A DNA stretch of 64,000 bases from the NCBI RefSeq assembly GCF_009914755.1, contig NC_060933.1; one strand, 5' to 3'. Source of the DNA: the human T2T-CHM13v2.0 reference genome, Homo sapiens. Positions 16,134-31,373 of the stretch are shown here, piece by piece. Numbering within the stretch: the first letter of the stretch is position 1; every line of letters begins with the position of its first letter. The position numbers were made by a program, and so were the translations under genes. A model generated the notes under the pieces. The model had not been told where the DNA came from and searched no databases. It worked only from the letters and a program-made list of their open reading frames with translations.

Positions 16134-16783
16134 GTTTACTGTATATACTTTAGAGTCATCAGTGAAAAATCTGAGAAAATGATTCTTCTGAACGACAGAT
16201 CACCTTCCGACAAATTAGATACCGAGATGAACGTTCCTACTAACCTGAAACTTGGGGGAGTTTCTAGCTGCTATTAGGCTTTTTCTTATAGTTACACACA
16301 GCCTTTTGCAGGTTGTTACTATAAGACCTTTCTTGCAAAGGCCCTAAAAATGCCCAAGAATACTTCATTTTTCATCCCTTCTAGTAGTTACTTGACACCG
16401 CTACTGCTATCTACTCTCCTTCTCAAAGACACTAATTACAGTTTGGGCTCTTGGTCTGCACTTTCAAAACTCTGTCCAGATCACTGGTGGTCACGTTTTG
16501 TGATTATTTCTAGGCTTGCCTCCCTTTCTGTCCCTCCCTTTGGAGGAAGCATAATGAGGTAAGCAAAGTGTAAGCTTTACAGCCAGATCTGGGTTTGAAT
16601 CTTGGCTCTGTCACTTACTATAACCTTTAGGAAATTCACTCAAACTTTCTGAGCTTTAGTTTTTCTCACTGCTGAAAATGTGATCAGAGTTTACCTTCTT
16701 GGGATTGTTGTAAAGATTGAGTTAGATGTCTATAAAACACCTGCCAGACAGAAGAACTTGTTTAAAGTGAAGTATCAGGTTAA

Positions 16784-17169
<386 letters not shown>

Positions 17170-18073
17170 TGATGTATGTCTCTTCAGCTTAGTGTCTTAG
17201 AGAAAACCATATTTAGTCCTCAGAAACTTCATGTTTCATGTTTGAGAATCCAATCTAGCAAACCTGCTAGGTATGCATTTTCTTGCTGTCATTTCTAGAA
17301 CCTTTAGGTTAACTGTTAGCAATGATCCCATACCTCTACCCCCTGCACTTCTCTCCAGTGGAGTTTCTTTTGTAGCTCTGCCCTGGCTCTGCCACAAACA
17401 CACTGCAGACCAAGTAGGAGTAGATGCTTTGTGGTCCTCTCTAGTGCTAATATTCTGTGTTCTATCATTCTCTGGTTCCTGAATCATCTCTACCTTTGGT
17501 AATTGTCCTAATAGCACCCTGCCTCACAGAAGTGCTTCTACCATATTTAGTTATGAGAGTGCCACCTTGTGTTCCACAAAACCATTGTCAAACCTGGAAT
17601 ATGGACTAGTTTGGGAGAAGAGGTAAAAGATTAAGATGAATACCCTACTATGAACTAATATTGGCAGCATTGGTAAAGAATCATCTATAATTGTTTCTCC
17701 CCCAATTGGTGCCCAGAAGGCTTTTTTCCTATTAATAATAGAAGTCAGTATTTCCACATACACCCTTCTCTTTTGCTCTGCCCAAAACAAGACAAAACAA
17801 AACTAATGACCCACTAAGATGTCAGTGGACTGGGATAAGACCAGGAATAGGACTGTGGGAAAGACCAGGCAGGAATAGAAGCACTGAAATCAGAGTTGGT
17901 TGTGCAAACAGAGAAAACAGAAGTTTATCTTCCCCTCTCTACTCTTCTCCCCCAACAGGCACACAGACATGGACCTGCACCCACCACAAGTTCAGCAAGA
18001 CCAAAATAAACTGATGAACTTCAGTTTGCACTTTGCCTCAATTGTATTGTCTTTCTCTTCTCTCCCTTCAAAG

Positions 18074-18185
18074 ATGCCAATTCTCGGAAGCAAGAAGCAG
18101 AGTGGAAAGAAAAGGCAATAAAGGAGCTAGAAGAATGGTATGCAAGACAGGACGAGCAGCTACAGAAAACAAAAGCAAACAACAG
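18074..18185 (+). CDS. CLTA: Clathrin light chain A, exon 4 (112 nt), heavy-chain-binding helix
   Basis: caaag|ATGCC...AACAACAG|gtcagt; encodes DANSRKQEAEWKEKAIKELEEWYARQDEQLQKTKANNR. Confidence 0.97.
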
Positions 18186-19613
18186 GTCAGTCCGTGGTGG
18201 TTGTAGCACACTTTGTTTTCCAAAATTGAATCAAATCCATTCTCAGCATCCAGTCTCGGTTTTTGGCTTCTGCCTCCTTTAGTGTGAAATGTCTGCAGTT
18301 TTTAAAGAAAGTGCTTGAAACAGGTTGCAAGTCTCTCGGGTCTTGTGAGCATAATTCACCCTATTGTTTAGCCATCCCAATTGTAGTGAGCTTAGCTCTC
18401 TGAGAGTTTGGTTAATATGCATAACCTGTAATGGTGTGATTCAGCCAAGGGAAAAGTTACTTTCCATGGAACCCTGAAACGAAAGCTGGGTGTCATGAAT
18501 ACACCCAGATCTAGTTACTTTGGATATGATTATAGACTTGGTCATGTTGAGTCTCCTCAATATAGCCCTGCCCCCTGAAAGCCACTTCATGAAGGGGTCC
18601 GTTGGCAGGAATATGTGCTTTGTAATTAGGCAGCCAAGGATGTTCCAACATGATTATTTTAGAATTGAGGGTTCTGTGGGTACTTATTTGTGCCTTAAAA
18701 AGTCTTGAATTGACTTCTTAAAAATGTTCTGTTTGAAATAGATTTTATTTAGTTACTGATGGTTAAGGAGTTGTGAGGAGAAAAACGCTTTCATTCTCAT
18801 ATCACTACTCACCAGCAGCTGGGCTTTAATGCCCTACACTTAGAGCCCTTCTTGGAAGCAGCAAAGAGAGGATATGTGGTGTTGCTTCCCTCAGGGCAGG
18901 CAGGTTCAGAGCCCAACTTTCACTGAATAGTCAATCCATTCACTTCAGTGTATAAACGGGCCAGACCGAGCCTGGGGATATTTTTAATTTTCAGGGTAGA
19001 GCCTTGGGTTCTCGTATGCAGAGGCAGGAAGCAGGTTGGGTTAAGTGCCCTTGTCTCTGGCAGCTCTGTTAGACAGAGATGTGGCAGGAGAGAGAGCTAA
19101 CGGCTTTGCCAGCCAGCCAGTGCTATTGTGGGTCCAGTATGACAGAGCAGTTGGACTCTCTTTTATATGCTAGCAGCCCTTCAGCTCATTGGATTCCGGC
19201 TTGAGCCTGTGTCCTGGTCACTTTCCTCTGGGGGCGGTGTGCTCAAGGAGTGCCTGTCAGGTTCCATGTGGAGTCCACAGGACTCCACAGTCCCAGTCCC
19301 ACAGGACTGCTCTCTGGTGTGCAGGCTGGGTTGCCAGTGGTGATGGCTTCCATCAGCTACGTGGGGCTGTTGTTGAGCCTGTGGTCAGTAGGTGGTGCTG
19401 ACAGGTCCAGGCTCCTGTGTCCTCTGCTCCCTCAAGATGATTTTCTCCCAGGTGGAAGTTCAGATCGGTAAAGCCGAGTGGGGACTGTGTGCAAGCACCC
19501 TGCGAGCCCTGAGAACTCCCCCAGCCTGCGACCCCAGCATTTAAGTTTAGTCTGAAGTACTGTAGCTGTGCCGACCCTCCCCGCTCTGGGTCTGTGATGC
19601 GTCAATAACTTAA

Positions 19614-20065
<452 letters not shown>

Positions 20066-20572
20066 ATGACACCTGTTTTTAGGAGCTCAGTCTTAAAAGT
20101 TTAGTCCCTCCAGGCATTGAATTTGGGCCTTGGTACCTTTCTGTACTTGGAACTGTAGAATGCTGGGTAAGCTGGTCTCACAGATGAACCTCTTAAGTTC
20201 CAGAGAGAAGGAACTTCCCCACTGCTCACTGAGAATGTAGAGCTGCTTAGGAAGCAGGTCACTTGCCTTGTGGGAACCTTGCAGCACAGGGCTGACTCTT
20301 GAGAGCATAACGCTAGTGGCACACTAGCCATTGTCACCAGGGCTCTAGGACAGAAGAGATGGTTTTTACAGTTTATTCCAGTGATTCTTCACTGGTTGGA
20401 GGTGGGATCCATTTGAGAGTCACTTTGGGGGACTTCTTCCAAGGGTCTACACCCTCCCCTGGAGATTTTTATATTGCTGACTACTCCCCCTCTCCATCCA
20501 TGTTTGACTCTAAACTTTAGAGTTCAAAGGAATAGGTCCCATTTAGATGTATAAAGTAATTCATCCTTGTTA

Positions 20573-20932
<360 letters not shown>

Positions 20933-23272
20933 TCATTTCAAGCAAGTATGATTCTCTCTGGGTGACTTCTGCAGTAGCTAGATGTTAAGGGGACCCGAGA
21001 GATAAGGCAGAAAGATGAGAAGTTTGAAAGAGGAAAGTCGGAGACAGGAAGGGCATCCAGTTAATTGTGAGAGCATCCTCAGGCCTCCTGCCTTCCAGCT
21101 GCCTCACCACTGGGTCACCAAAGCACTAGGAGCACGTCGCGCCTGGCACTGCACTGGGGGTGGGTGTGCTGTACTCTATTGTCAGTCCCCAGACTGCATC
21201 TCCCTTCTTTTATCCCAAGTTGAGGCCTAAGTGTCACAGTACAAGAGCTGTGAATTATTCAGTGACAGCCATGGAAAAGAATTTCCTTTTCATAGCCAGC
21301 CAGCCAGAGCAGTGACTGACTCCTGCAGCTGGATGAGTTTGCTCATCAAGAACAACCCCAGAACATTTCCCCTATTACAGGTAGCACTTGTGCTTGTCAG
21401 CTCTTTCAAGGCTTGAGAAGGTTTGGGGAACCCACAGTTCTCAGAGATGGCAAACATTTTTTTCTGTGCCCACTTTGAGGCTGTTTATGGAATGAAGTTC
21501 TGCATTGTATTCGTGCCTCCAGAGCTTGTCCTAGGTCAGGTATTCCTCTTCCCTCCCCTCTCCTAAGCCTCCCTGAGCCCCTTCCTGCCTTGGCTGAGGA
21601 TTGCTACTTTCAAGTGAAGGACAAATAAGGGGAGGGCCACCTGTGTGTGTGTCTGATTTTCTGTTTGTTCTGGGCCTGCAACCTTGACAGGGGATGTGCT
21701 TGTCACTGAGGAGCTCTTTGGTCTTGGGCTAGCTGCAAAGGAGCAAGAGCCTGACATTCAAACTTTTGTTGTCTTAGTGATGATTTGACAGGAGTCATGA
21801 AACCTCTACTCTTCTTGTGGAGGGAAACCCAAGTTGAAATCGATCAGGTTTAGTCCTTTGTGTAAACTAAAAGGGTTATGGGTTTATAAGCCAGCCTGCC
21901 TTGCCTTTTCCTCCCACTCATTCTGCCCACAAACAACTCTGTTTTCCTGCTGAGTCACTTTAAGTTATAATCAGCCTGCTCTTTTTGCTTTCTTTAAATT
22001 TCCACAAAACACCTCCTGTGTATAAAACAAAATGGGAAAGAAGGAAGGGCATGTGTGAGCTTAAAAATTAACTTAAAATTACTAGAATTTGCCTTCAAAT
22101 AAGTATGTGAGGTTAGCTTAATGACCAGGCATGATTATCCTTGAAAAATGTCTTTCCCCTTGCCCACCCCAAATCGACTTGACAAAGGACAGGGTAAGAC
22201 TCCATGAGGGAGGTTCCATGTCCAGCCACAGTGGAGAAGAGTGGGCTGGCAGAGCCCAGGGAGTCAGTCCAGGACAACAGAGTCAAAGCCAGCCTGGCCC
22301 CTGCTGTCAAAATTTATCCACCCAGTCTGCCCCCTCCTTCCTGTCTGAGAGCCCTGCCATGTTGAGAGTTAAGAAGGGATGAAGTTCTGGATTCTGGGCT
22401 GCACCTTATCAAAGCCAATTGAGTCTGGTGTAAAAATATTCAGAAACTGTACCCGCTTCTTGAGTAGAGAGAGAGCCATATTCAGGAACAACAGAAGCCA
22501 GGGCCAGGATCCTAGTCCAGTGTTCTTCCCACCAGACCACTCACCTCCAGCCGTTTTTTCCTGTAAGGTTGAGATTTTAAAATGACGATATGTGTTCCCA
22601 GGATTCTGGAAGTGTATCCCACCCAGACAGTGTGGGGAAGCAGTAGTTAGATAATCCAAGATAAAACTGGCTTTGGGTCCTAGCGCATCTGGTGTCTGGC
22701 AGCATTCCTGCCCAGTGCATTAACTGAAACAGGAAGGTGGCGTGGCTTTCTGGGCACATACAGCAGGGAAGAAGCATGACTATACAGTAGAAAGAGCCCT
22801 GGACTTAGGGCCAGGCTGCCTTGGTTGTGAGTCCTGAATGCTGCCACTGTGGTGTAGCTGAGCAAGTTGTTCATCTCTAAGCCTCAGTTACCTCATCTGT
22901 ACAGTGGGGGTGAGAACAGTCAGGGTCATAGGTTGTTAACAGTTAAGGATTGAATCAACATAATGTATGTGAAAGGGCTTAGTCCATGATTGGGTGCTTA
23001 ATAAATGCCCGTGTTGCTGGGGTGAGCCAAAGGGATGAAGTTGGCAGTGCTTGCTCTGTCGTGGAGCAGTCCCCACGTGGGAAGGCCAGCGGGAAACCAG
23101 GCCTGCTGAAGTCTCCAGCGCTGGAAGCCTCACGGGGGTTAGGAAGGAGCCTTGGGAGCAGCTCCTCAGAGCACAGTTGTACCTCAATTGTGGATTTTAG
23201 ATGTTTCTGCTTCTCAATGTTCTCTCTTTTTTCCTGCCTGCTTGCCTGCCTTTTGGACCTCTTGCTGTCTAG

Positions 23273-23326
23273 GGTGGCAGATGAAGCTTTCTACAAACAA
23301 CCCTTCGCTGACGTGATTGGTTATGT
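23273..23326 (+). CDS. CLTA: CLTA alternative (neuronal) exon 5 (54 nt, 18 aa)
   Basis: tctag|GGTGGCAGAT...TATGT|gtatgt; encodes VADEAFYKQPFADVIGYV, the known brain-specific insert; phase 2-2. Confidence 0.95.
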
Positions 23327-24630
23327 GTATGTTGCAAAACTAATTCCTTTTTCTACATCTGATTCTTTCTACTTTTGTTTAGAGTTAATGCTCCTTTTAT
23401 GTCACAAGTTGCTTTGCTTTTTAAATTATTTCAAATTGGCACTTTGGGGGCTGCCTAAGAATTGATAAGCGGGGTATGATCTGTTGATGAATCTTCCAGA
23501 TTTGTGACTCCCTGCATCCTCTGATGGCCATTTTTCATATTTGGGGTTTTGGAGGGAAGAAAGCTAACTCGCTTTCAAAATGTGTCATTTGCGATCTTAT
23601 CTGGGAACGGTTTGAGGCTCGGGGGAACTCTGCTCTCTTGCTCTTGGCTGCCATCACTGCTGCCATGCCCTGTTGCCTGCCTGCCTCAGGTGGGAAGGAG
23701 GTTTCCCCACCTGGGAGCAGGTGGCAGTCCCAGGAGGTTAGGAGCCAGTGAGCAGCAGCACCTTGCATTGCCAAAATCAGAGCTGTGGGGCAGCATTTTC
23801 CATACTTGGTTCATTCAAACAATGTGGGGTCGTTTGCCTCTCCCTCAGGCAGAAGAGTCCAGAGCAGAGGGGGTTGTCTCCAGTGGGTGTCTATAATTGT
23901 TCCTCTGTGGTCTTGCATGTCAGAAATTGCTATTTAGTGGTCAGCTTCTGATGTCCTGTCTCCTAGCACAGGGAAGCCCCCAGCTTTGAGATCAGGATAG
24001 TCAAAGTGTCTTGATACGGGCCACTTGGGCTTCTCCCCCTGACCCCCCCAAAAGAAACCTGCATCTTCTCTGGAGAAGGTGTTTTTCTTATTCTTTTTTT
24101 TTTCTTTTTTTCTTTTTTCTTTTTTTTAAGGATTTCTTTTATCAAAGCAGTATTGCTGAAGAGTTGGAAACAGTTCTCATTGTCTCCTCCTTAAAAATTA
24201 GGGCTGGCTTTACATGAGAAGTAAGGGTGGAATGGAAGAGGAGAGGAACCTGTGGAAGGTGGGCGATGAGCTCAGGTCTGTAGAGCCTCTCAGGGCCTAT
24301 GACCTTGAGATGTTCATCCCCTTAGAAGATAGAACTGGGTTTCCTGGGCCCCCAGATGCATTTGCAGTGAGACTTGTGAAATGCTGGACTTACAGGTGGT
24401 GTTTGATTTGATTTCTGCACATTCTCTCTGGAGTAGAAATGGAGACTGGAAAGGTCGAGTCTGGTTTTGCTGGGCAGCTGGGTGGCCAGCAAAGCCAGCT
24501 GCACGTCCCCAAGCACAGATAGAGTGGCAAGGGCATGTCCAGCTTACTGACCATCTGCATTGAGCTCATTCTCATTTTCTATATCTGACTTAAAGTTTCT
24601 CTCGTTTCTTTTCTTCTCTTCACCTTTAAG

Positions 24631-24666
24631 CACAAACATAAACCATCCTTGCTACAGCCTAGAACA
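24631..24666 (+). CDS. CLTA: CLTA alternative exon 6 (36 nt, 12 aa)
   Basis: tttaag|CACAAAC...AGAACA|gttaagt; encodes TNINHPCYSLEQ, the LCa-specific second insert; phase 2-2. Confidence 0.93.
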
Positions 24667-25608
24667 GTTAAGTAAACCTTTCTCACTGCCCCTAACTGTG
24701 TGTGCCATGAAGTCGCAGTGTTGTAGTGGCTCTGGGCTTCAGCGGTGTTTGCCACGGCCATCCCTGTGATAGTGCCACCCCTCCGTCCCCACAGACCAGT
24801 CATCTCCATTGCTTTTGCTTTGCCCGTGATGCTTGTTGGAGTAGATGAATATAGTGTGTCTTAGCGCTGTCCTTTCCGGCTGTAGCTCCCACCAGTTAAT
24901 TCCGAACTGGGGGTGGGCTGACCTTGATGTGAAAGAATGTTGGAGCAGCATCCTGCCAAAAAGCAACTCACGTTGGCTCTCCTGCCAGTGTGCCCTGAGT
25001 GGCCCCAAGGCACCTGGCTGGAGGGAAAATGGCAAACTTTTGGCTGAACTGGAGAATGTCCTAACAAACCCCCTTCCAGAATGGCTTTAGTCTCTAGTGC
25101 TTGCTAGCATGGGAGCTTTGTCTTGAATTCCTTTTGATCTGCCCCGTTTCTCTCCAGCCTTAGGAATAAATCTAGAGGCTATTGTGCAATGATCTGTGGG
25201 CTTTTTAGAAGTCTCTAAATTTCCTTGAAATTCAGTACAGCCCAGCATAAACTACTCAAGTTCTTGATCAGCCTGCTGCTTTGTTCTTATTAATAAAAGC
25301 AGTGTGTAGCTGGCTAAGGACTTGTTTTATTAATGCTCCACAGGAGCAGAGACAGACAGAGAGACATAGTGAGCCTTGAACCAAACACCTGTATTCCAAC
25401 ATTTTACACAGCGGTCTGGGCACCCTGTGCCTAGGAGAGCCAGCTACGTGTCTACCTGAGTCTGACCTGGGCCAGGGGCTGTTATCTTGGGAAAGCCAGA
25501 ATGTCATTAAGAAAGGGACAAATAGGCAGTTGCTTGTGTAGCAAGGCAGCCACCAGGTTGCTCAAAGGGGGTTCTGCATAAACCAACATATTTTGTTGTT
25601 GCTTCCAG

Positions 25609-25780
25609 GGCAGCAGAAGAAGCCTTTGTAAATGACATTGACGAGTCGTCCCCAGGCACTGAGTGGGAACGGGTGGCCCGGCTGTGTGACTTTAACCCCA
25701 AGTCTAGCAAGCAGGCCAAAGATGTCTCCCGCATGCGCTCAGTCCTCATCTCCCTCAAGCAGGCCCCGCTGGTGCACTGA
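25609..25780 (+). CDS. CLTA: Clathrin light chain A, last coding exon (172 nt incl. TGA)
   Basis: ttccag|GGCAGCA...GTGCACTGA; encodes AAEEAFVNDIDESSPGTEWERVARLCDFNPKSSKQAKDVSRMRSVLISLKQAPLVH*. Exons sum to 657 nt (218 aa), or 747 nt (248 aa) with exons 5 and 6. Confidence 0.98.
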
Positions 25781-26041
25781 AGAGCCACCCTGTGGAAACA
25801 CTACATCTGCAATATCTTAATCCTACTCAGTGAAGCTCTTCACAGTCATTGGATTAATTATGTTGAGTTCTTTTGGACCAAACCTTTTTGTCTTTAGAGT
25901 TGTTCATTGTTTGTGATTGCATGTTTCCTTCCTTCAACTGTGTTCTCCCTGGCATTCAGAGAGGAGGGAGAGGAGGAAGAGGAAGGGGAGGGAAGCTTCC
26001 CAAGAGTAGCCTCAACCTGTGCTTCTGTGCATTATTCTGAG

Positions 26042-26047
26042 AATAAA
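26042..26047 (+). terminator. CLTA: CLTA polyadenylation signal AATAAA
   Basis: First AATAAA after the stop (~260 nt downstream), followed by T/GT-rich sequence. Confidence 0.85.
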
Positions 26048-26586
26048 TTTCTGTTTCAAACTGTATTATGTGAAGCTTCTTTATTGACCTCAAGATGTGT
26101 TGTAGTTTGGAGTGAGGTTGGAAGGAATTTCCAGGAGGAATTTCCTTGAAATTTCTAGGGCTGAGGAGGCACAGCCACTGGGCACACAGCCCTGCCTTGA
26201 ACTAAGATAGCACCGGGATCTAGAGTGGGATCCTGTGGACATTTTCATTTGAGAAGGGAGTTTAGTGGCTGAAGGTTAACCCCCTCATTATCTACCTAAG
26301 ACACAGCTGTGAATCCTCTCACCAACCTAGTCGTTTTCTCCCAGATGGGCTCTTGCTTGCCAGTGTCCCTCAGTTTAGGGTCTTGGATAGTATATTTCGG
26401 CAGGAGTCTGTGGGGCACGTAGACTCTAGTAAGACCTTGACTCCTTTGGATCCGGCCAGTAAGCCTGAGTCAGGACGGCATTCATGTGTGGCTAGCCCCA
26501 TTACTGTTGAGTCCTGTAGCACATGTTGGGTTCTGTGCCATCCCAAGCACTTGGTTCATATTTCTCTTGTAAAATCCTTCATCTAG

Positions 26587-26767
26587 ACCTGTGCTGTCCA
26601 GTGCAGTATTCACCAGGCCCATGTGGCTATTTAAATGAATTTAAAATACATTTCTAGTCCTAGTCACAATTCATGTGCTCAGTAGCCATATGTGGTTAGG
26701 TGGCACTCGGATAGCACAGGTTATAGAACATGTCCATGGTCGCAGAAAGCTGCACTGGACCATGCTG
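26587..26767 (-). mobile_element. MER3-like hAT relic
   Basis: Reverse-orientation homologue of the element at 14662. Confidence 0.65.
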
Positions 26768-27399
26768 ATCTACCACAGGTGTTTCCAGGAGCCCGTGCTT
26801 TGTTCAGACACCAGTAAGTTCATTATCTGTCTTCAGAACCTGGCATAGTACCTGGCTCGTTTTAGGTGATGTTCCAAGCAATTATTAAAGCTATATTTCA
26901 GTAATCTGCTTATAACTACCTGGTACTTCCAAACTGGAGATTGAGGTAAACTGTAATACTATGCTCAGGATGGGGGTTAGGTGTTGCCATTGCCAAGAAG
27001 GAAAGGCCACTATCTCTTCAATGTTAATTATTTTTGGCTGGAAGGAGCTTTCATTACTTTTCCTGCTACCTCCCCGTTTCCAAGCTTAGTTGGGCTTTCC
27101 TTGACCTGGCCCACATTTCTGGCCTCTGCTTATTCCTCCCCCTTTAGTCAAATCTTATTACAATCAAGCAATCATTGTTCCCAGACTTTTGTTCCTACGG
27201 GACCTGCTAATCCCATTCCAAATGTCAAAATCCAATTTAAGAACTAGTTCAAAGGCCACCCCCCTTCCCCTGAACTCCCATGGCCATCTACCTGGGGCAG
27301 CTTATTTTTGGTAGTCTTGGTGCCATCGTCTGGACCAGTCTTGCCTCCCACACCAGCTGGGCTTCTTGAGGTGGGAGGTGGCAATTTTAAATGTCAACA

Positions 27400-27820
27400 A
27401 AATCTGTGACATTCTCTAGATGGAGAGGTGACTGAATAATGTGACAAAAGTGATGCTGGGATGACTTCCAAGGCTAGGTCATAAAAGGCAGTGCTGCTGA
27501 TGGTTGATTTGTTGGAGCAACTAGCTGGTGGCCCTGAGCCGCCTCATAAAAAATTCTACCTTTGAAGCTACCCATGTGGTGAGGAAGCCCAAACTAGCCC
27601 ACAGAGAGGCCACCTGAGAGACCCTGTAACCACACACATTGGGAGATGCCTGGCCAGCCAGCCTCGTGCTATTCCAGCTGACAACTACAAGTGCAGGATA
27701 CTCTTGAGCTACAACTGTCAAGTTTGAGCCTTTCCCAAATCCTGACCCACAGAAACCACGACGTGAAACAATTACTGTTGTTTTAAGCTCTTCAGTTTTG
27801 AGGTTACACAGCAATAGTAA
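27400..27820 (+). mobile_element. MaLR (MLT1-like) LTR fragment
   Basis: GACTTCCAAGGCTAGGTCATAAAAGGC...GAGGAAGCCCAAACTAGCCC...TCCTGACCCACAGAA...GTTGTTTTAAGC; boundaries approximate. Confidence 0.6.
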
Positions 27821-27983
27821 TTTGGGATTGTTTCTAATGCCTGTATGAGACCCACATAGGGCCTCATAAAAAGAGGGAGTGGGTCTAGGGACTCAGTAAA
27901 TGCTTAACACTTAGTTTCAAACCTCTTTCTTGGGGGCTACTTTGCTTTTTTATGCCAAATTTTCAATGTTATATATAGCAATG

Positions 27984-28281
27984 TTTTGTTTTTGTTGTTT
28001 TTGAGACAGGGTCTCACTGTGTCGCCCAGGCTAGAGTGCAATGGCATGATCATAACTAACTTACTGCAGCCTCCACTTCCCGGGCTCAGGTGATCCTCCC
28101 ACCTCAGCCTCCTGAGTAGCTGAGACTGCACCATGCCTGGCTAATTTTTTTTGTATTGTTTTGTAGAGATGGGGTTTTGGCATGTTGCCCAGGCTGGTCT
28201 CGAACTCTAGGGTTCAAGCAATCTTTCTGCCTCAGCCTCCCAAAGTGCTGGGATTACAGGCATGAGGCACCATGCCCAGCC
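27984..28281 (-). mobile_element. AluJ-type in the intergenic gap
   Basis: Alu consensus. Confidence 0.85.
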
Positions 28282-28464
28282 ATGCTTTCTATTAATAGAC
28301 TTTTTTTGGTTAAGAAAGCAATGATATTAGAGGCCTTAAGGAAGTTATATAACCTTCAAAACGTAAGCAGTGCAACAATTAAATCTCTTCTGGGAAGGAA
28401 AATGCTTTTGGCTAATGAGTTACGAACAAAACAAAATACAACAGGATTTCAACAAGGAAATGTA

Positions 28465-28470
28465 TTTATT
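28465..28470 (-). terminator. GNE: GNE distal polyadenylation signal AATAAA
   Basis: TTTATT on + strand; a GT/T-rich downstream element follows on the - strand (TGTTGTATTTTGTTTTGTT). Confidence 0.75.
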
Positions 28471-29047
28471 TTTTCTTTAGAATTTGGCTCAGAACAGTAA
28501 CAAAAATATTTACATTAAAATAAATTAACATGCAATTACTTAACCATATGTAATAATTTACGTTGGAATATATTAGCCTTCCCATGAGTTTAATAAAAAC
28601 TAATATTTGGTTTTAGATTCAATACCATCCTTTCAAATATTTGGTATGAAACTTGGTAGCAATGCAATTGTCTGATGTACAGAGCAGATTTCACCATGAG
28701 AGATTACACCAAAGAACAGATGTCCCTTCCCAGAACATTATCTCACCCCAGACTCAGAAACTGAGCAGCCAAGCTTCCTTCCCAGGAATCACCATGGAAT
28801 GTCTGAACAATAACCAGGCCCTGGAGATTACTGCAGGGCTGGCAGAGTTTTAGGAATCAGCCAAACTCTTTTTCACACTAACCCACTAGGAAGGATATAG
28901 TTCAAATGTAATGTTGAGTCCTTCAGTTTATTTGAACACTGAAACAATATGTTGTAGAAACCTTCATTTTCCCAAAATAGAAATCTGAAAGATATATGCA
29001 CATGATTTCTTAGATCATCTAAAAGTACCCATAAAAACCTGTCACTA

Positions 29048-29329
<282 letters not shown>

Positions 29330-30267
29330 AACACCTGTCACTAGACCAAATACTATACTGGTAAAATTTCACAGCAGAGAGGAATATTTCATTAAATTCA
29401 GCTGATAGGGTCAAGGATACATTAAGTCATTTACAAATCAGATATTAGTATTAAAGTTTTTGGTGGCCTAGAGTGAATTAGAATATGTTAGCATTTTGAA
29501 AGTGTTTTTGAAATGAGAGGTTGTGTGGCTCAGCAGCAAAAGCACAGAGGGACCTGGGATCAAACCCTCTCTCTAGCCCCATAGCTTAACAGTCAAACAC
29601 ACCAAGTTCTATAAAATAAAAATTAAAACACCTACCTCATATGTTGAGATAATTTAGGATAATGTATATGAAGCACCTAGTTCAGAGCCTGGCACACAGT
29701 AGGCACTTAATAAGTGGTGGCAGTTAGTATTTCTTCCAAGTTAACAATTCATAGCCAGAACTTTGGCTTTTGTATTTTGACACCAATGAAAACACGAATC
29801 ATGTAGACAGAATCCTGATTCATGGCTCTGGGCTCTAGGTAAAACTCAAAACTTTAATGGACACCCTAGGGTGTTACTCAACACAGTATGAAAGGCTACT
29901 GAAGGAAGAAGTGTCTGCTGGTCAGTAGCAAAGATCCTTTTGGGACAGTTAATCTCCTTTTAAAGGCTCTAAGTCCCAGTGGCTTCTCAGCTGTCCTAAG
30001 AAGATAAGGACAAGGTCACTAAGGCCACTGTAATTTAGATCCCTGGTCTAAAGTCTCTTGTAAGTTCAGCTAGAGTAATAACATCTTTCAACAAATGGTA
30101 TCCAGGATTAGGGGGGATATCTGAGATGGGGGAGTGATAGATATGTCCAGTGTCTTGATTGTGGTGATGCTTTCACAGGTATACATATGTCAAGGCTTAT
30201 CAAATTGTAGGCTTTAAAAACAATAAAGCTGTTTTAAAAAAAAGTGTACTTAAGCCCTTCCTGGTAA

Positions 30268-30980
<713 letters not shown>

Positions 30981-31373
30981 TGGAAGGATTATTAATGCAA
31001 ACTTCAGGATGAAGTGATATCCCAGGCAAGGCCTGAAGGTCTCAGTGGTATTAATACATTAGTAAGCAGAGTTCTAAGAAGGCTTCCTCTCTATTATTGT
31101 AGCTGCTTTGGCACAGAAAATTGTGACTGTAACTTACAGGGTTTGAGCTAAAATGACCCCTAGTAAGAAGACATCAGAAAGAATAGCATCTACAAAAATA
31201 GGAGTGGGGAAAGGTGACTCTGGAAGAGGAGACCAAAAGTGAAAACATTTCTCTGCCAAAGTCACCTGCAGTTCAATACCAGATTTGATTGTTAAGAAAC
31301 GGTCATCCTAAAGACAAGAACTTGATTCCACTCAGGAGCTCTGGAGAGAAGGTCCATGTCTGTTCCTGGAGGT

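Noticed and set aside
22986-23465. 159-aa ORF
   Set aside because: Only the 54-nt CLTA exon 5 within it is coding; the rest is intron/MIR sequence that happens to be in frame.
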